DNA of 30,888 nt, from positions 1-30,888 of the forward strand of contig JAYTOZ010000358.1 of the NCBI GenBank assembly GCA_043747515.1. The letters are read 5' to 3'. This document shows positions 1 to 8,069 of the stretch, piece after piece. The position numbers were made by a program, and so were the translations under genes. The notes beneath the pieces were generated by a model. The model ran no database searches and had not been told where the DNA came from. It worked only from the letters and a program-made list of their open reading frames with translations. The first letter of the stretch is position 1; each line of letters opens with the position of its first letter. This stretch comes from Frankiales bacterium (GTDB lineage: Bacteria; Actinomycetota; Actinomycetes; Mycobacteriales; SCTD01).

Positions 1-398
1 CGCAGCTGTCCGCCGACCAGCAGGAGCAGCAGGCCGGTCGCTGCGACGGCCACCCAGGCGAGCGCCCCACGGCGACGGCAGCCGATGTCCGCGGGAGCCG
101 CAGGAGCGAGGGGGACGGCGGCACTGCGTAGCGCCCACGCGCCGACGAACACGACCTCGAGGACGACGAATGCGTATTCCTCGACTGGGATCGAGCCGAT
201 CCGGCCGATGACCTGGGCGGGGTCGTAGGACCAGACCCCGGTACGGACGAGGTGGTCGTCCCACGGAGTGGTCCAGAGCAGCGCCAGTGTCGACAGAGCC
301 GCTCCAGGGGCGACGAGCACCCGCCGCCCGGGCACACCGCGCAGGAGCAGGGCCGCCGGAAGGGCGACGGCCAGAAGGTCGAACAGCGCGTAGTTCAC
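1..398 (-). CDS. crtY: Lycopene cyclase domain-containing membrane protein (CrtYcd/CarR-type), 3' end outside window
   Basis: Not in the ORF track; translated by hand from GTG at 398 (GGAG 5 nt upstream): MNYALFDLLAV...LLWTTPWDDHLVRTGVWSYDPAQVIGRIGSIPVEEYAFVVL. TTPWD..GVW.Y..G.IP.EEY.F is the membrane lycopene cyclase signature. Co-oriented with the rhodopsin. Confidence 0.85.
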   Translation of the reverse strand, partial: MNYALFDLLAVALPAALLLRGVPGRRVLVAPGAALSTLALLWTTPWDDHLVRTGVWSYDPAQVIGRIGSIPVEEYAFVVLEVVFVGAWALRSAAVPLAPAAPADIGCRRRGALAWVAVAATGLLLLLVGGQL

Positions 399-425
399 GG
401 GTGCTCCCAGCCTGCGCGGGTGGTG

Positions 426-464
426 CCGGTCGGGGGCGGCGCGGGTGCAGCCACCCCCGACCGG
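426..464. terminator. GC-rich hairpin between rhodopsin and lycopene cyclase genes
   Basis: CCGGTCGGGGG (426-436) and CCCCCGACCGG (454-464) form a perfect 11-bp inverted repeat, extended by GGC/GCC. No U-tract. Confidence 0.55.
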
Positions 465-495
465 AGCGTCGTACCGGGCGGGTCTTTTTGGGGGG

Positions 496-1338
496 TTAGG
501 CCCGCACGCTGGAGCGGTCGGCGACCAGATCGCCCATCTCGTGGTCCTCGTCGAAGCTCGGGTCGTCGGCCTCGCTCTTGAACCGGGCGATCTTGAAGAT
601 GACCAGGCCGAACGCCGCCTTGGCGAGGATGTCAGCGATCGAGTAGCCGGCCTGCCGGGCCACAAAGCCACCGGCACCACTGAACCCGAAGACCGGGAAC
701 AGGTAGGCGATCGGGTAGACGCCCCAGAGACCCACCAGCATGATCCGCAGCTTGCTGACGGTGCCCCGGACCTCGAGCGGCTGGCGGTCGAGCGACTTGC
801 TCAGCTCGACGAACAACACGTAGAGCAGGTAGATGAACGGGATCGTCGACAGCGTGCCCCACAGCAGCCGGGTGCCGGTGTCGCTCGAGACCTCACCGGG
901 GTAGCCGAGCGCGATCATCAGGCCGGAGGCGATGACGAGCTTGGTGAGCAGTGGCTTGGCGACAGCGCGGGCCAGCGCCAACACGGCGATTGTCTCAACG
1001 AGCAGCAGCGGGACGGTGAGGAACCAGTCGACGTATCGGTAAGCCTCGTTGAACTCGATGTTGGTGAGCTTGAACGGCCCGGATCCACCCTGGGCGGTGG
1101 TCTTGTAGGACTCCTTGAAGTTCTGGAAGATCCGGATGTAGTGGTAGGTGGCGATGAAGCACACCATTGCGCTGACCACCAACGCGTTGCGGTAACGGGC
1201 AACGACCCGTCGTTGCGACAAGACCAGGAACAGCCCGGTGAACGCCAGACTGGCGATGGCGAGCGAGAACAGGTTGTAGACGGCATTGAACTGCCCAGAA
1301 CTGAGCTCTGGGACCTTGACGGATGCAGCGAGCAACAC
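496..1338 (-). CDS. Microbial rhodopsin, xanthorhodopsin/actinorhodopsin-like outward proton pump (DTE motif)
   Basis: 280 aa, 7 hydrophobic segments. Helix C RYVDWFLTVPLLLVE (D-T-E), helix B YHY His, helix G DILAK Schiff-base Lys, LGYPGE and LWGTLSTIPF as in xanthorhodopsin. GAGGAG 6 nt before GTG 1338. Confidence 0.97.
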   Translation of the reverse strand: MLLAASVKVPELSSGQFNAVYNLFSLAIASLAFTGLFLVLSQRRVVARYRNALVVSAMVCFIATYHYIRIFQNFKESYKTTAQGGSGPFKLTNIEFNEAYRYVDWFLTVPLLLVETIAVLALARAVAKPLLTKLVIASGLMIALGYPGEVSSDTGTRLLWGTLSTIPFIYLLYVLFVELSKSLDRQPLEVRGTVSKLRIMLVGLWGVYPIAYLFPVFGFSGAGGFVARQAGYSIADILAKAAFGLVIFKIARFKSEADDPSFDEDHEMGDLVADRSSVRA

Positions 1339-1499
1339 GTCTTGCTCCTCACGGTTGCGCCGGCGAAGTGCCGGCTCGTCGGCTGGTCGGCGGGTGCCGG
1401 CGAGGGGCGTCGGTCCCGGTCCCGGGGCGGTGTGGCCGCGGTGCGTGTCCGTGGTCTCCGTCGGGGCACGGTGATCTTCACGGGCCCGGCGACGTTGCG

Positions 1500-1526
1500 C
1501 AACCCGAACATCTCATGGCGCGTTCT
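1500..1526 (-). promoter_or_regulatory. Putative ECF-sigma-type promoter for the rhodopsin-crtY transcript
   Basis: Minus strand AGAAC (1526-1522)-N18-GTTG (1503-1500), one mismatch from GGAAC-N18-GTT. The -10 part overlaps the palindrome GTTGCGCAAC (1494-1503). Confidence 0.3.
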
Positions 1527-1550
1527 GTGACTGGCTGCGATCCTGTGGCT

Positions 1551-2522
1551 ATGGTCCGACCGGCCCGCGCCCTGCGAGATCACGACCCGACGAGGTTGCT
1601 GACGCCGTCCTGGAGCCCGGTTCCGGCAGCCCTTCACACGACGCGAAGCTCGGTCGGCCTGGTCGCCGTCGCCGCCACCGTCGGGGCCCTCGCACCCGCT
1701 GCCGCCGCCGATGCCGGACCGGCGCTGCTGGTCGTCGCCGGCCTGCTCGGCTTGCCGCACGGGGCGGTCGACCACCTCGCCCTCGGCTGGGTCCGTGGCC
1801 GGACCGGCCCGGCCCGGCCCGGCGTCCTGCTCGCCTATGCCGCCGCAGCGGTTGCGGCAGCGGTGGCCGCCCTCGCCGCCCCGATGCCAGCCCTGCTGCT
1901 GCTCCTGACGCTGTCGGTGGCACATTTCGCCGAGGGCGAGGCCGCGTTCGACCGGTTGCGGGGAGGAGCCGGGCTCGTCCTGCCGGCAACCGCGCTCGGC
2001 ACAGCGGTGGTTGCGCTGCCGCTCGTGCTCCGGCCGGCCGCTGCCCGCCCATTGCTGATCGCGTTGGACCCGGCCCTGCCGGCGGTGCTGGCCGGCGCGC
2101 GGCTGGTGCTGATCGTCGGGACGGCGCTGCTTGTCGTGGTCGGCCTGCTGGTGGCAATGCGCGCTGGTCAGCGGATGGTCGCGACGGAGCTGGCGGTCGT
2201 CGCGCTGGCTGCCGCGCTCGGCCCGCCGCTGGTTGTCTTCGCCGTCTGGTTCGCCGGCTGGCACGCCCCGCGGCACCTGGTCCGGTTGGCTGCCCTCGAA
2301 CCGTCCGGCGACGGACGTGAGCGGGTGCGCCGGCTGGCTCGCGGCGCTGCCGTCCCGACCGCGTTCGCGGCCAGCGGCCTGGCCGGGCTCGCGCTCGTGC
2401 TCGGCGGCCTCCCGGGAGCGGTGCTGATCGTGCTGCTCGCGCTCACTGTGCCGCACACCGCGGTGGTGGCGCGGCTCGACCGGTTGGCCGCCACCGCGAC
2501 AGTCGACCGGTCAGCCGCGTAG
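1551..2522 (+). CDS. blh: Brp/Blh family beta-carotene 15,15'-dioxygenase
   Basis: Four His motifs GLPHGAVDH, SVAHF, GWHAPRH and LTVPH in a multi-TM protein, divergent from the rhodopsin. ATG 1551 chosen because TG-c-GATCCT lies 6 nt upstream (leaderless type); ATG 1515 is an alternative. Confidence 0.9.
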   Translation: MVRPARALRDHDPTRLLTPSWSPVPAALHTTRSSVGLVAVAATVGALAPAAAADAGPALLVVAGLLGLPHGAVDHLALGWVRGRTGPARPGVLLAYAAAAVAAAVAALAAPMPALLLLLTLSVAHFAEGEAAFDRLRGGAGLVLPATALGTAVVALPLVLRPAAARPLLIALDPALPAVLAGARLVLIVGTALLVVVGLLVAMRAGQRMVATELAVVALAAALGPPLVVFAVWFAGWHAPRHLVRLAALEPSGDGRERVRRLARGAAVPTAFAASGLAGLALVLGGLPGAVLIVLLALTVPHTAVVARLDRLAATATVDRSAA

Positions 2523-4211
2523 CCCCAGCTGGTCGTCGCGCCACTCCGTCGCCGCGTCGCCGGTCCGGGCCAACTCGTGCTCGCGCTCGCGCAGGTCGAC
2601 CCGGCGGATCTTGCCGCTGACGGTCTTGGGGAGCTCGGCCACGAACTCGAGCCGGCGCACCCGCAGGTAGGGCGCGAGGCGCTCGCGGGCGTGCTGCAGG
2701 ATCGCGCGAGCGGTCTGCTCGGTCGGCTCCCAGCCGGCGGCCAGGGTGACGTAGGCCTTGGGGACGGCCAGCCGCAGCGGATCCGGCGCCGGGACGACCG
2801 CTGCCTCGGTGACGGCCCGATGCTCGATCAGCACGCTCTCGAGCTCGAACGGCGAAACCTTGTAGTCGCTGGCCTTGAACACGTCGTCGGTGCGACCGAT
2901 GTAGGTGATGCTCCCGTCCGCGGCTCGCTGCGCGATGTCGCCCGTGTGGTAGCGGCCACCGGCCATCGCCTCCGCCGCGAGCTCGAGATCACCCTGGTAG
3001 CCCGTCATCAACGCCAGCGGCTGGCTGGACAGGTCGAGACACAACTCGCCTTCGTCGGCGAGCTGGTCGGTGAGCGGGTCGACGAGCACCACCGGGATGC
3101 CCGGCAGTGGCCGGCCCATCGCACCCGGCCGCACCGGCTGCCCCGGGGTGTTGCCGACCTGGGCGGTCGTCTCGGTCTGGCCGAACCCGTCGCGAACGGT
3201 CAGCCCCCAATGCCGCTGCACGTGGGTGATCACCTCGGCGTTGAGGGGTTCGCCGGCCGCGAGCAGCTCCCGCAGGGCACCCGGCCCGCCGGACAGGTCT
3301 GCCTGGATGAGCATCCGCCACACCGTCGGCGGCGCGCAGAACGTCGTCACCGAGGCCGCCCGGAGCTGGGCCAGCAGGGTCGCGGCCTCAAACCGGGCGT
3401 AGTTCGCGACGAAGACGGTCGCCTGGGCCAGGAACGGCGCGAAGAAGCAGGACCAGGCGTGCTTGGCCCAGCCGGGCGAGGCGATCGTGAGGTGCACATC
3501 GCCCGGCTGCAACCCGATCCAGTACATCGTCGACAGGTGCCCGACCGGATAGCTGACCTGGGTGTGCTCGACCAGCTTCGGCCGCGAGGTCGTGCCCGAG
3601 GTGAAGTACAACAGCACCGGGTCGCCCGGATCGGTCACCGCCTCGAAGGTCCTCGGCTGCCTCACGGCGTACGCCGATCGGTAGTCGAGCCAGCCGGGTG
3701 GGGTCCCGTCGACGCAGATCCTCGACAGCGATGGCAGCTGGTCGAACTTGGCGGCATCGTCGGCCGTCGCGACGACGTGCTGCACATCGGCCCGGGCCAC
3801 CCGGTCGGCCAGGTCGGCGGCGCCGAGCGCCGTCGTCGTGGGGAGCACGATCGCGCCGAGCTTCATCACCGCCAGCATCGACTCCCACAGCTCGACCCGG
3901 TTGCCGAGCATCAGCATGACGCGGTCGCCCCGGCCGACCCCCTGCTCGGCCAGCCAGGTCGCGACCTGGTCGGAGCGCCGGACCAGGTCGTCGTAGGTGA
4001 GGCGCTGCTCGCTGCCGTCCGGTTCGACGATCCACAGCGCGACGGTGTGGGAGCCGCGGCCGATCGCGTCGAACCAATCGGTGGCCCAACAGAACGGGCC
4101 CTTGAGCTGCGGCCAGGCGAAGGTGGCGACCGCCTGGTCGTAGTCGTCCCGGGTCGCCAGCAGGTGGTCGCGCGCGGCCCGCAGCGCGATGGTGTTGGCC
4201 GTGTCGGTCAT
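2511..4211 (-). CDS. AMP-binding acyl-CoA synthetase (short/medium-chain acid-CoA ligase family)
   Basis: YFTSGTTSRPK, AAGEPLN, GFGQTET, YHTGD, GRTDDVFK and PKTVSGKIRR motifs. Start ATG 4211 with CAGGAT 6 nt upstream. Confidence 0.92.
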   Translation of the reverse strand: MTDTANTIALRAARDHLLATRDDYDQAVATFAWPQLKGPFCWATDWFDAIGRGSHTVALWIVEPDGSEQRLTYDDLVRRSDQVATWLAEQGVGRGDRVMLMLGNRVELWESMLAVMKLGAIVLPTTTALGAADLADRVARADVQHVVATADDAAKFDQLPSLSRICVDGTPPGWLDYRSAYAVRQPRTFEAVTDPGDPVLLYFTSGTTSRPKLVEHTQVSYPVGHLSTMYWIGLQPGDVHLTIASPGWAKHAWSCFFAPFLAQATVFVANYARFEAATLLAQLRAASVTTFCAPPTVWRMLIQADLSGGPGALRELLAAGEPLNAEVITHVQRHWGLTVRDGFGQTETTAQVGNTPGQPVRPGAMGRPLPGIPVVLVDPLTDQLADEGELCLDLSSQPLALMTGYQGDLELAAEAMAGGRYHTGDIAQRAADGSITYIGRTDDVFKASDYKVSPFELESVLIEHRAVTEAAVVPAPDPLRLAVPKAYVTLAAGWEPTEQTARAILQHARERLAPYLRVRRLEFVAELPKTVSGKIRRVDLREREHELARTGDAATEWRDDQLGLRG

Positions 4212-4233
4212 GCCCGCATCCTGCCCGACCCGG

Positions 4234-5400
4234 CTAGCGGTCCAGGGGCAGGCCGACGTAGTTCTCGGCAAGGCTGGTGGCAGCGGCCGTGGAGCTCGCG
4301 ACAGCGCGCAGCTGGGCGAGCTGCAGCTGTCGGTCGAAGTCGTCACCGCCGAAGGTGTGCAACATCGAGGTCATCCACCAGGAGAAGTGCGTCGTGCGCC
4401 AGACCCGGCGCAGCGCCCGTTCCCCGTAACTGTCGAGCAGGTCCGGATCGCGGGCACCGAACCAGGCGGTCAGCGCGTCCGCGAGCAGCGCCACGTCGGC
4501 GACCGCGAGGTTGAGGCCCTTGGCGCCGGTCGGCGGGACGATGTGCGCGGCGTCGCCGGCCAGGAACAACCGGCCGTGCCGCATTGGGGTGCTGACGAAA
4601 CTGCGCATCGGCGTGATCGCCTTGTCGATGACCTCGCCGGTGTCCAGCGACCAGCCGTCGAGCGCGAGGCGAGTCTGCAGCTCGGCCCAGATCCGGTCGT
4701 CGGACCAGTCCTCGACGCGTTCGCCAGGGTCGACCTGGAGGTAGAGACGGCTGATCTCAGGCGACCGCATGCTGTGCATCGCGAAGCCGTGGGGATGCCA
4801 GGCGTAGATCAGCTCGTCGGTCGACGGAGCCACCCTGGCCAGGATCCCCAGCCAGGCCAGGGGGTACTCGCGCTCCCAGGTCGTCGCCCCCGGTACAGCG
4901 AGCCGGCTGATCCCGTGGAATCCGTCGGCACCGACGACGACGTCGCAGTCCAATCGGTGGAGCTGACCGTCGGCGGTGCTGAACGTCACGGCCGGGTGGT
5001 CGGAGTCGACATCGTGGACGGCCGTGCCGGAGACCTCGAAGTGCAGCGGCAGACCCGCTGCCACGCGCGCGGCGATGAGGTCCTTGACCACCTCGGTCTG
5101 GCCGTAGACCCAGACCGAGCGGCCGGTCAACGCCTGGAAGTCGATCCGGTGCCGCTCGCCCGGCCACTGCAGGAAGATCCCGTCGTGCTGCAGCCCCTCG
5201 CGCTGGAGCCGGCCGCCGACGCCGGCCTCGACGAGCAGGTCGACGGTGCCCTGCTCGAGCACCCCGGCCCGGATCCGCGCCTCGACGTAGTCGCGGGAGC
5301 GTCGCTCGATGACGACGCAGTCGATGCCTGCCCGGGCGAGCAGCTGCGACAACAGCAGACCGGCGGGGCCCGCGCCGATGATGGCGACCTGGGTACGCAT
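4234..5400 (-). CDS. pobA: 4-hydroxybenzoate 3-monooxygenase
   Basis: MRTQVAIIGAGPAG, RIRAGVLEQG, VYGQTEV, DGFHG, RSPEISRLYLQ and GDAAHIVPPTGAKGLNLA. Adjacent to pca genes. Confidence 0.95.
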   Translation of the reverse strand: MRTQVAIIGAGPAGLLLSQLLARAGIDCVVIERRSRDYVEARIRAGVLEQGTVDLLVEAGVGGRLQREGLQHDGIFLQWPGERHRIDFQALTGRSVWVYGQTEVVKDLIAARVAAGLPLHFEVSGTAVHDVDSDHPAVTFSTADGQLHRLDCDVVVGADGFHGISRLAVPGATTWEREYPLAWLGILARVAPSTDELIYAWHPHGFAMHSMRSPEISRLYLQVDPGERVEDWSDDRIWAELQTRLALDGWSLDTGEVIDKAITPMRSFVSTPMRHGRLFLAGDAAHIVPPTGAKGLNLAVADVALLADALTAWFGARDPDLLDSYGERALRRVWRTTHFSWWMTSMLHTFGGDDFDRQLQLAQLRAVASSTAAATSLAENYVGLPLDR

Positions 5401-5489
5401 GGCGCAGAGCCTGACGGCAAGGGCTGCGCGGGCCAAGCCGGGGGATGACACGCTGCGCACAAACCGCGCGGCGACGAAAGGAGCGCATC

Positions 5490-6203
5490 GTGGCAGCGCC
5501 GAGGCATTGGGGCTACGAACGGCCGCCCGACGGGGTCAACCCCCCGCTGCTGGCACCGGCGTACGCCGCCACGATTGCGCGCGCGCCCTCCCGGACGTTG
5601 GTCCTGCTCCCGCACCGCCTCGGGGAGCTGACCGGGCCGGTCTTCGGCCCAGAGCGGGTGCTCCCCGGTGACGCCGACCTCACCACGTGTGGAGCCACCG
5701 AGGCGATCGGCCAGCGGATCATTGTGACGGGGCGGGTACTCGACAGCGACGGCCGGGCGGTGCCGCACACCCTGATCGAGCTCTGGCAGGCCAACGCCGC
5801 CGGGCGCTACGCCCACCCACTCGACAGCTGGCCCGCGCCGCTCGACCCTGGCTTCACCGGCGCCGGCCGGACTGTGACCGACACTGAGGGCCGCTACCGC
5901 TTCACCACGATCAAGCCTGGCGCCTACCCATGGCGGAACCATGACAACGCCTGGCGGCCGGCGCATCTGCACTTCTCGCTGTTCGGCGTCGCCTTCGCCC
6001 AGCGGCTGGTCACCCAGATGTATTTTCCCGACGACCCGCTGTTCGGCCAGGACCCGATCTACGGCGCGGTGCCCGAGGCGTCCCGGCATCGGCTCGTCAG
6101 CCGCTTCAGCCTGGCGCAGACCCGCCCGGACTGGGCCCTCGCCTTCGAGTTCGACATCGTGCTGCGGGGGCGCGACGCCACACCCTTCGAGGAGCCCCGA
6201 TGA
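5490..6203 (+). CDS. pcaH: Protocatechuate 3,4-dioxygenase beta subunit
   Basis: ELWQANAAGRY, TIKPGAYPW and WRPAHLHFS carry the Tyr/Tyr/His/His iron ligands; LVTQMYFP. AAGGAG before GTG 5490. Confidence 0.95.
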   Translation: MAAPRHWGYERPPDGVNPPLLAPAYAATIARAPSRTLVLLPHRLGELTGPVFGPERVLPGDADLTTCGATEAIGQRIIVTGRVLDSDGRAVPHTLIELWQANAAGRYAHPLDSWPAPLDPGFTGAGRTVTDTEGRYRFTTIKPGAYPWRNHDNAWRPAHLHFSLFGVAFAQRLVTQMYFPDDPLFGQDPIYGAVPEASRHRLVSRFSLAQTRPDWALAFEFDIVLRGRDATPFEEPR

Positions 6204-6742
6204 GCCGGTTGGGTCTCACCCCCTCGCAGACCGTCGGCCCCTACCTCTCGCTCGCCCTGCGTCGGCCGGACGGCCAGTACGTCGTACCGGCGGGAACGCC
6301 TGGTGCGTGCTGGATCCGGGGACGCGTGCTCGACGGCCGAGGTGAGGTCGTCACCGACGCACTGGTCGAGACCTGGCAGGCCGACGTCGACGGGATCTAC
6401 TGCCATCCACGCGACGAGCGGTACGCCGGGGCACCGGTCACCCCCGGCTTCCGGGGCTTCGGGCGCTCCGAGACGGTCGCGGGCGGCTGGGCGATCCACA
6501 CCGTGCGGCCGGGGTGGGCCGACGGTGCCCCGCACCTGGCCGTGTCGGTCTTCGCCCGTGGCCTGCTCGACCGACTGGTCACCCGGATCTACCTGCCGGA
6601 CCAGGACAACAGCCAGGATCCGGTGTTGGCCGGGCTCGACCCGGCGCGGGCCGCCACCCTGGTCGCGGCCCCCGCCGAGGACGGCTACCACCTCGACATC
6701 ACACTGCAGGGTGAGCATGAGACCGTCTTCTTCGCTGTCTGA
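6200..6742 (+). CDS. pcaG: Protocatechuate 3,4-dioxygenase alpha subunit
   Basis: TPSQTVGPY, ETWQAD, VSVFARGLL, TRIY and LQGEHETVFF. ATGA overlap with pcaH. Confidence 0.95.
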   Translation: MSRLGLTPSQTVGPYLSLALRRPDGQYVVPAGTPGACWIRGRVLDGRGEVVTDALVETWQADVDGIYCHPRDERYAGAPVTPGFRGFGRSETVAGGWAIHTVRPGWADGAPHLAVSVFARGLLDRLVTRIYLPDQDNSQDPVLAGLDPARAATLVAAPAEDGYHLDITLQGEHETVFFAV

Positions 6743-8069
6743 CGGCCTGTTCGACGGGGTCCTCGGCCGCGGTGGAGCCGCCGAGCAGGTCCGTGACGGG
6801 GCCTGGTTGCGGGCGCTGCTGGACGTCGAGGCGGCCCTCGCGATGGCCTGCGTCGCAGCCGGTCTGGTCCCCCCGGCGGCAGCCGCCGCGATCTTCGCCG
6901 CCTGCCGGGACATCGGCGCGTACGACCTCGGGACGCTCGGCCGGCAAGCAGCCGCGGAGGGCAATCCGGTGGTGCCCCTGGTGCGGGCCATCGAGACCCT
7001 CGCCGGGCCGGACGCCGCACCCTTCGTGCATGTCGGCGCGACGAGCCAGGACGTTCTCGACAGCGCCATGCTGCTCGTGGCCCGACGGTCACTGACGCAC
7101 GTGCTCACCGACCTGCGGGCCGCGGCCGGGGCCGCCGCCGGGCTCGCCGCCGCGCACCGGGACACCGCCATGGTGGGCCGGACCCTGCTGCAGCAGGCCC
7201 TGCCGACGACCTTCGGGCTCAAGGCGGCCGGCTGGGCGCTGGCGCTGGACCACGCCGCGGCGCAACTCGACCGGGTCGACGCAGCGTTGCCGGTGCAGCT
7301 CGGCGGCGCGGTCGGCACCCTCGCGGTCTACGGGGAGAGCGCGACGGTCGTGCTCACCGAGCTGGCGCGGGCGCTGGGGCTGCGGGTGCCGGTGCTGCCC
7401 TGGCACACTGCCCGCGGACCGGTCGCCGACCTGGCGGGCGCACTCGGCGCGGCCTGCGGGGCGGTCGGGAAGGTCGGGCTCGACGTCTGCCTGCTGGCCC
7501 AGAACGAGGTCGGCGAGGTGCGCGAAGCGGTGGCGGGCCGGGGCGGCTCGTCGGCGCTGCCGCACAAGCGCAACCCCGTCGCGGCCGTCGCCGCCCGGGC
7601 CGCGGCGTTGCGCGCTCCAGGCCTGGTCGCGACGCTGCTCACTGCCATGGCGCAGGAGCATGAGCGCGCGGCGGGTGCCTGGCACGCCGAGTGGGAGACC
7701 CTCGGTGAGCTGCTCCGCGCCACCGGCAGCGCCGCGGCCTGGCTGCACGACTGCCTGGAGTCCCTCGAGGTGGACTCCGGGCGGATGGCGCACAATCTTG
7801 GCGTGGCAGGCAATGAGCTGGTCACCGAGGCGGTGGCGGTGGCGCTCGCCCCGAGGCTCGGCCGCACCGCCGCACACGAGCTGGTCGCGGCGGCGATGGC
7901 CCGGACCCGCGACCACGCCAGCACCCTGTGGGCGGAGCTCGCTGCCGACCCCGGCTGTCCGCTCGACGATGCGCAACTCAGCCGTCTCACCACCCCGTCG
8001 ACCGGTCAGGCCGGCCAGCTGGTCGATCGTGCCCTGGCCAGTCGCACCGCCGACAAGGAGCAGCCGTGA
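6717..8069 (+). CDS. pcaB: 3-carboxy-cis,cis-muconate cycloisomerase
   Basis: Fumarase/aspartase-superfamily signature GGSSALPHKRNPV, plus HVGATSQD, GRTLLQQA and HERAAGAWHAEW. Start uncertain (ATG 6717 or CTG 6735). Confidence 0.9.
   Translation: MRPSSSLSDGLFDGVLGRGGAAEQVRDGAWLRALLDVEAALAMACVAAGLVPPAAAAAIFAACRDIGAYDLGTLGRQAAAEGNPVVPLVRAIETLAGPDAAPFVHVGATSQDVLDSAMLLVARRSLTHVLTDLRAAAGAAAGLAAAHRDTAMVGRTLLQQALPTTFGLKAAGWALALDHAAAQLDRVDAALPVQLGGAVGTLAVYGESATVVLTELARALGLRVPVLPWHTARGPVADLAGALGAACGAVGKVGLDVCLLAQNEVGEVREAVAGRGGSSALPHKRNPVAAVAARAAALRAPGLVATLLTAMAQEHERAAGAWHAEWETLGELLRATGSAAAWLHDCLESLEVDSGRMAHNLGVAGNELVTEAVAVALAPRLGRTAAHELVAAAMARTRDHASTLWAELAADPGCPLDDAQLSRLTTPSTGQAGQLVDRALASRTADKEQP

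Noticed and set aside
496-1338. Rhodopsin as a Na+ or Cl- pump, sensory rhodopsin or heliorhodopsin
   Set aside because: The motif is DTE (not NDQ, NTQ or TSA), no transducer is adjacent, and the sequence follows the type-1 xanthorhodopsin pattern.
1526-1541. CRP/GlxR site (TGTGA-N6-) in the rhodopsin-blh spacer
   Set aside because: Only one half-site matches; the second half (GCGAT) is poor.
6306-6316. Third match to the repeat arm (CGTGCTGGATC) inside pcaG
   Set aside because: No inverted arm 31 nt downstream; it encodes conserved residues (CWIRG), so it is coincidental.
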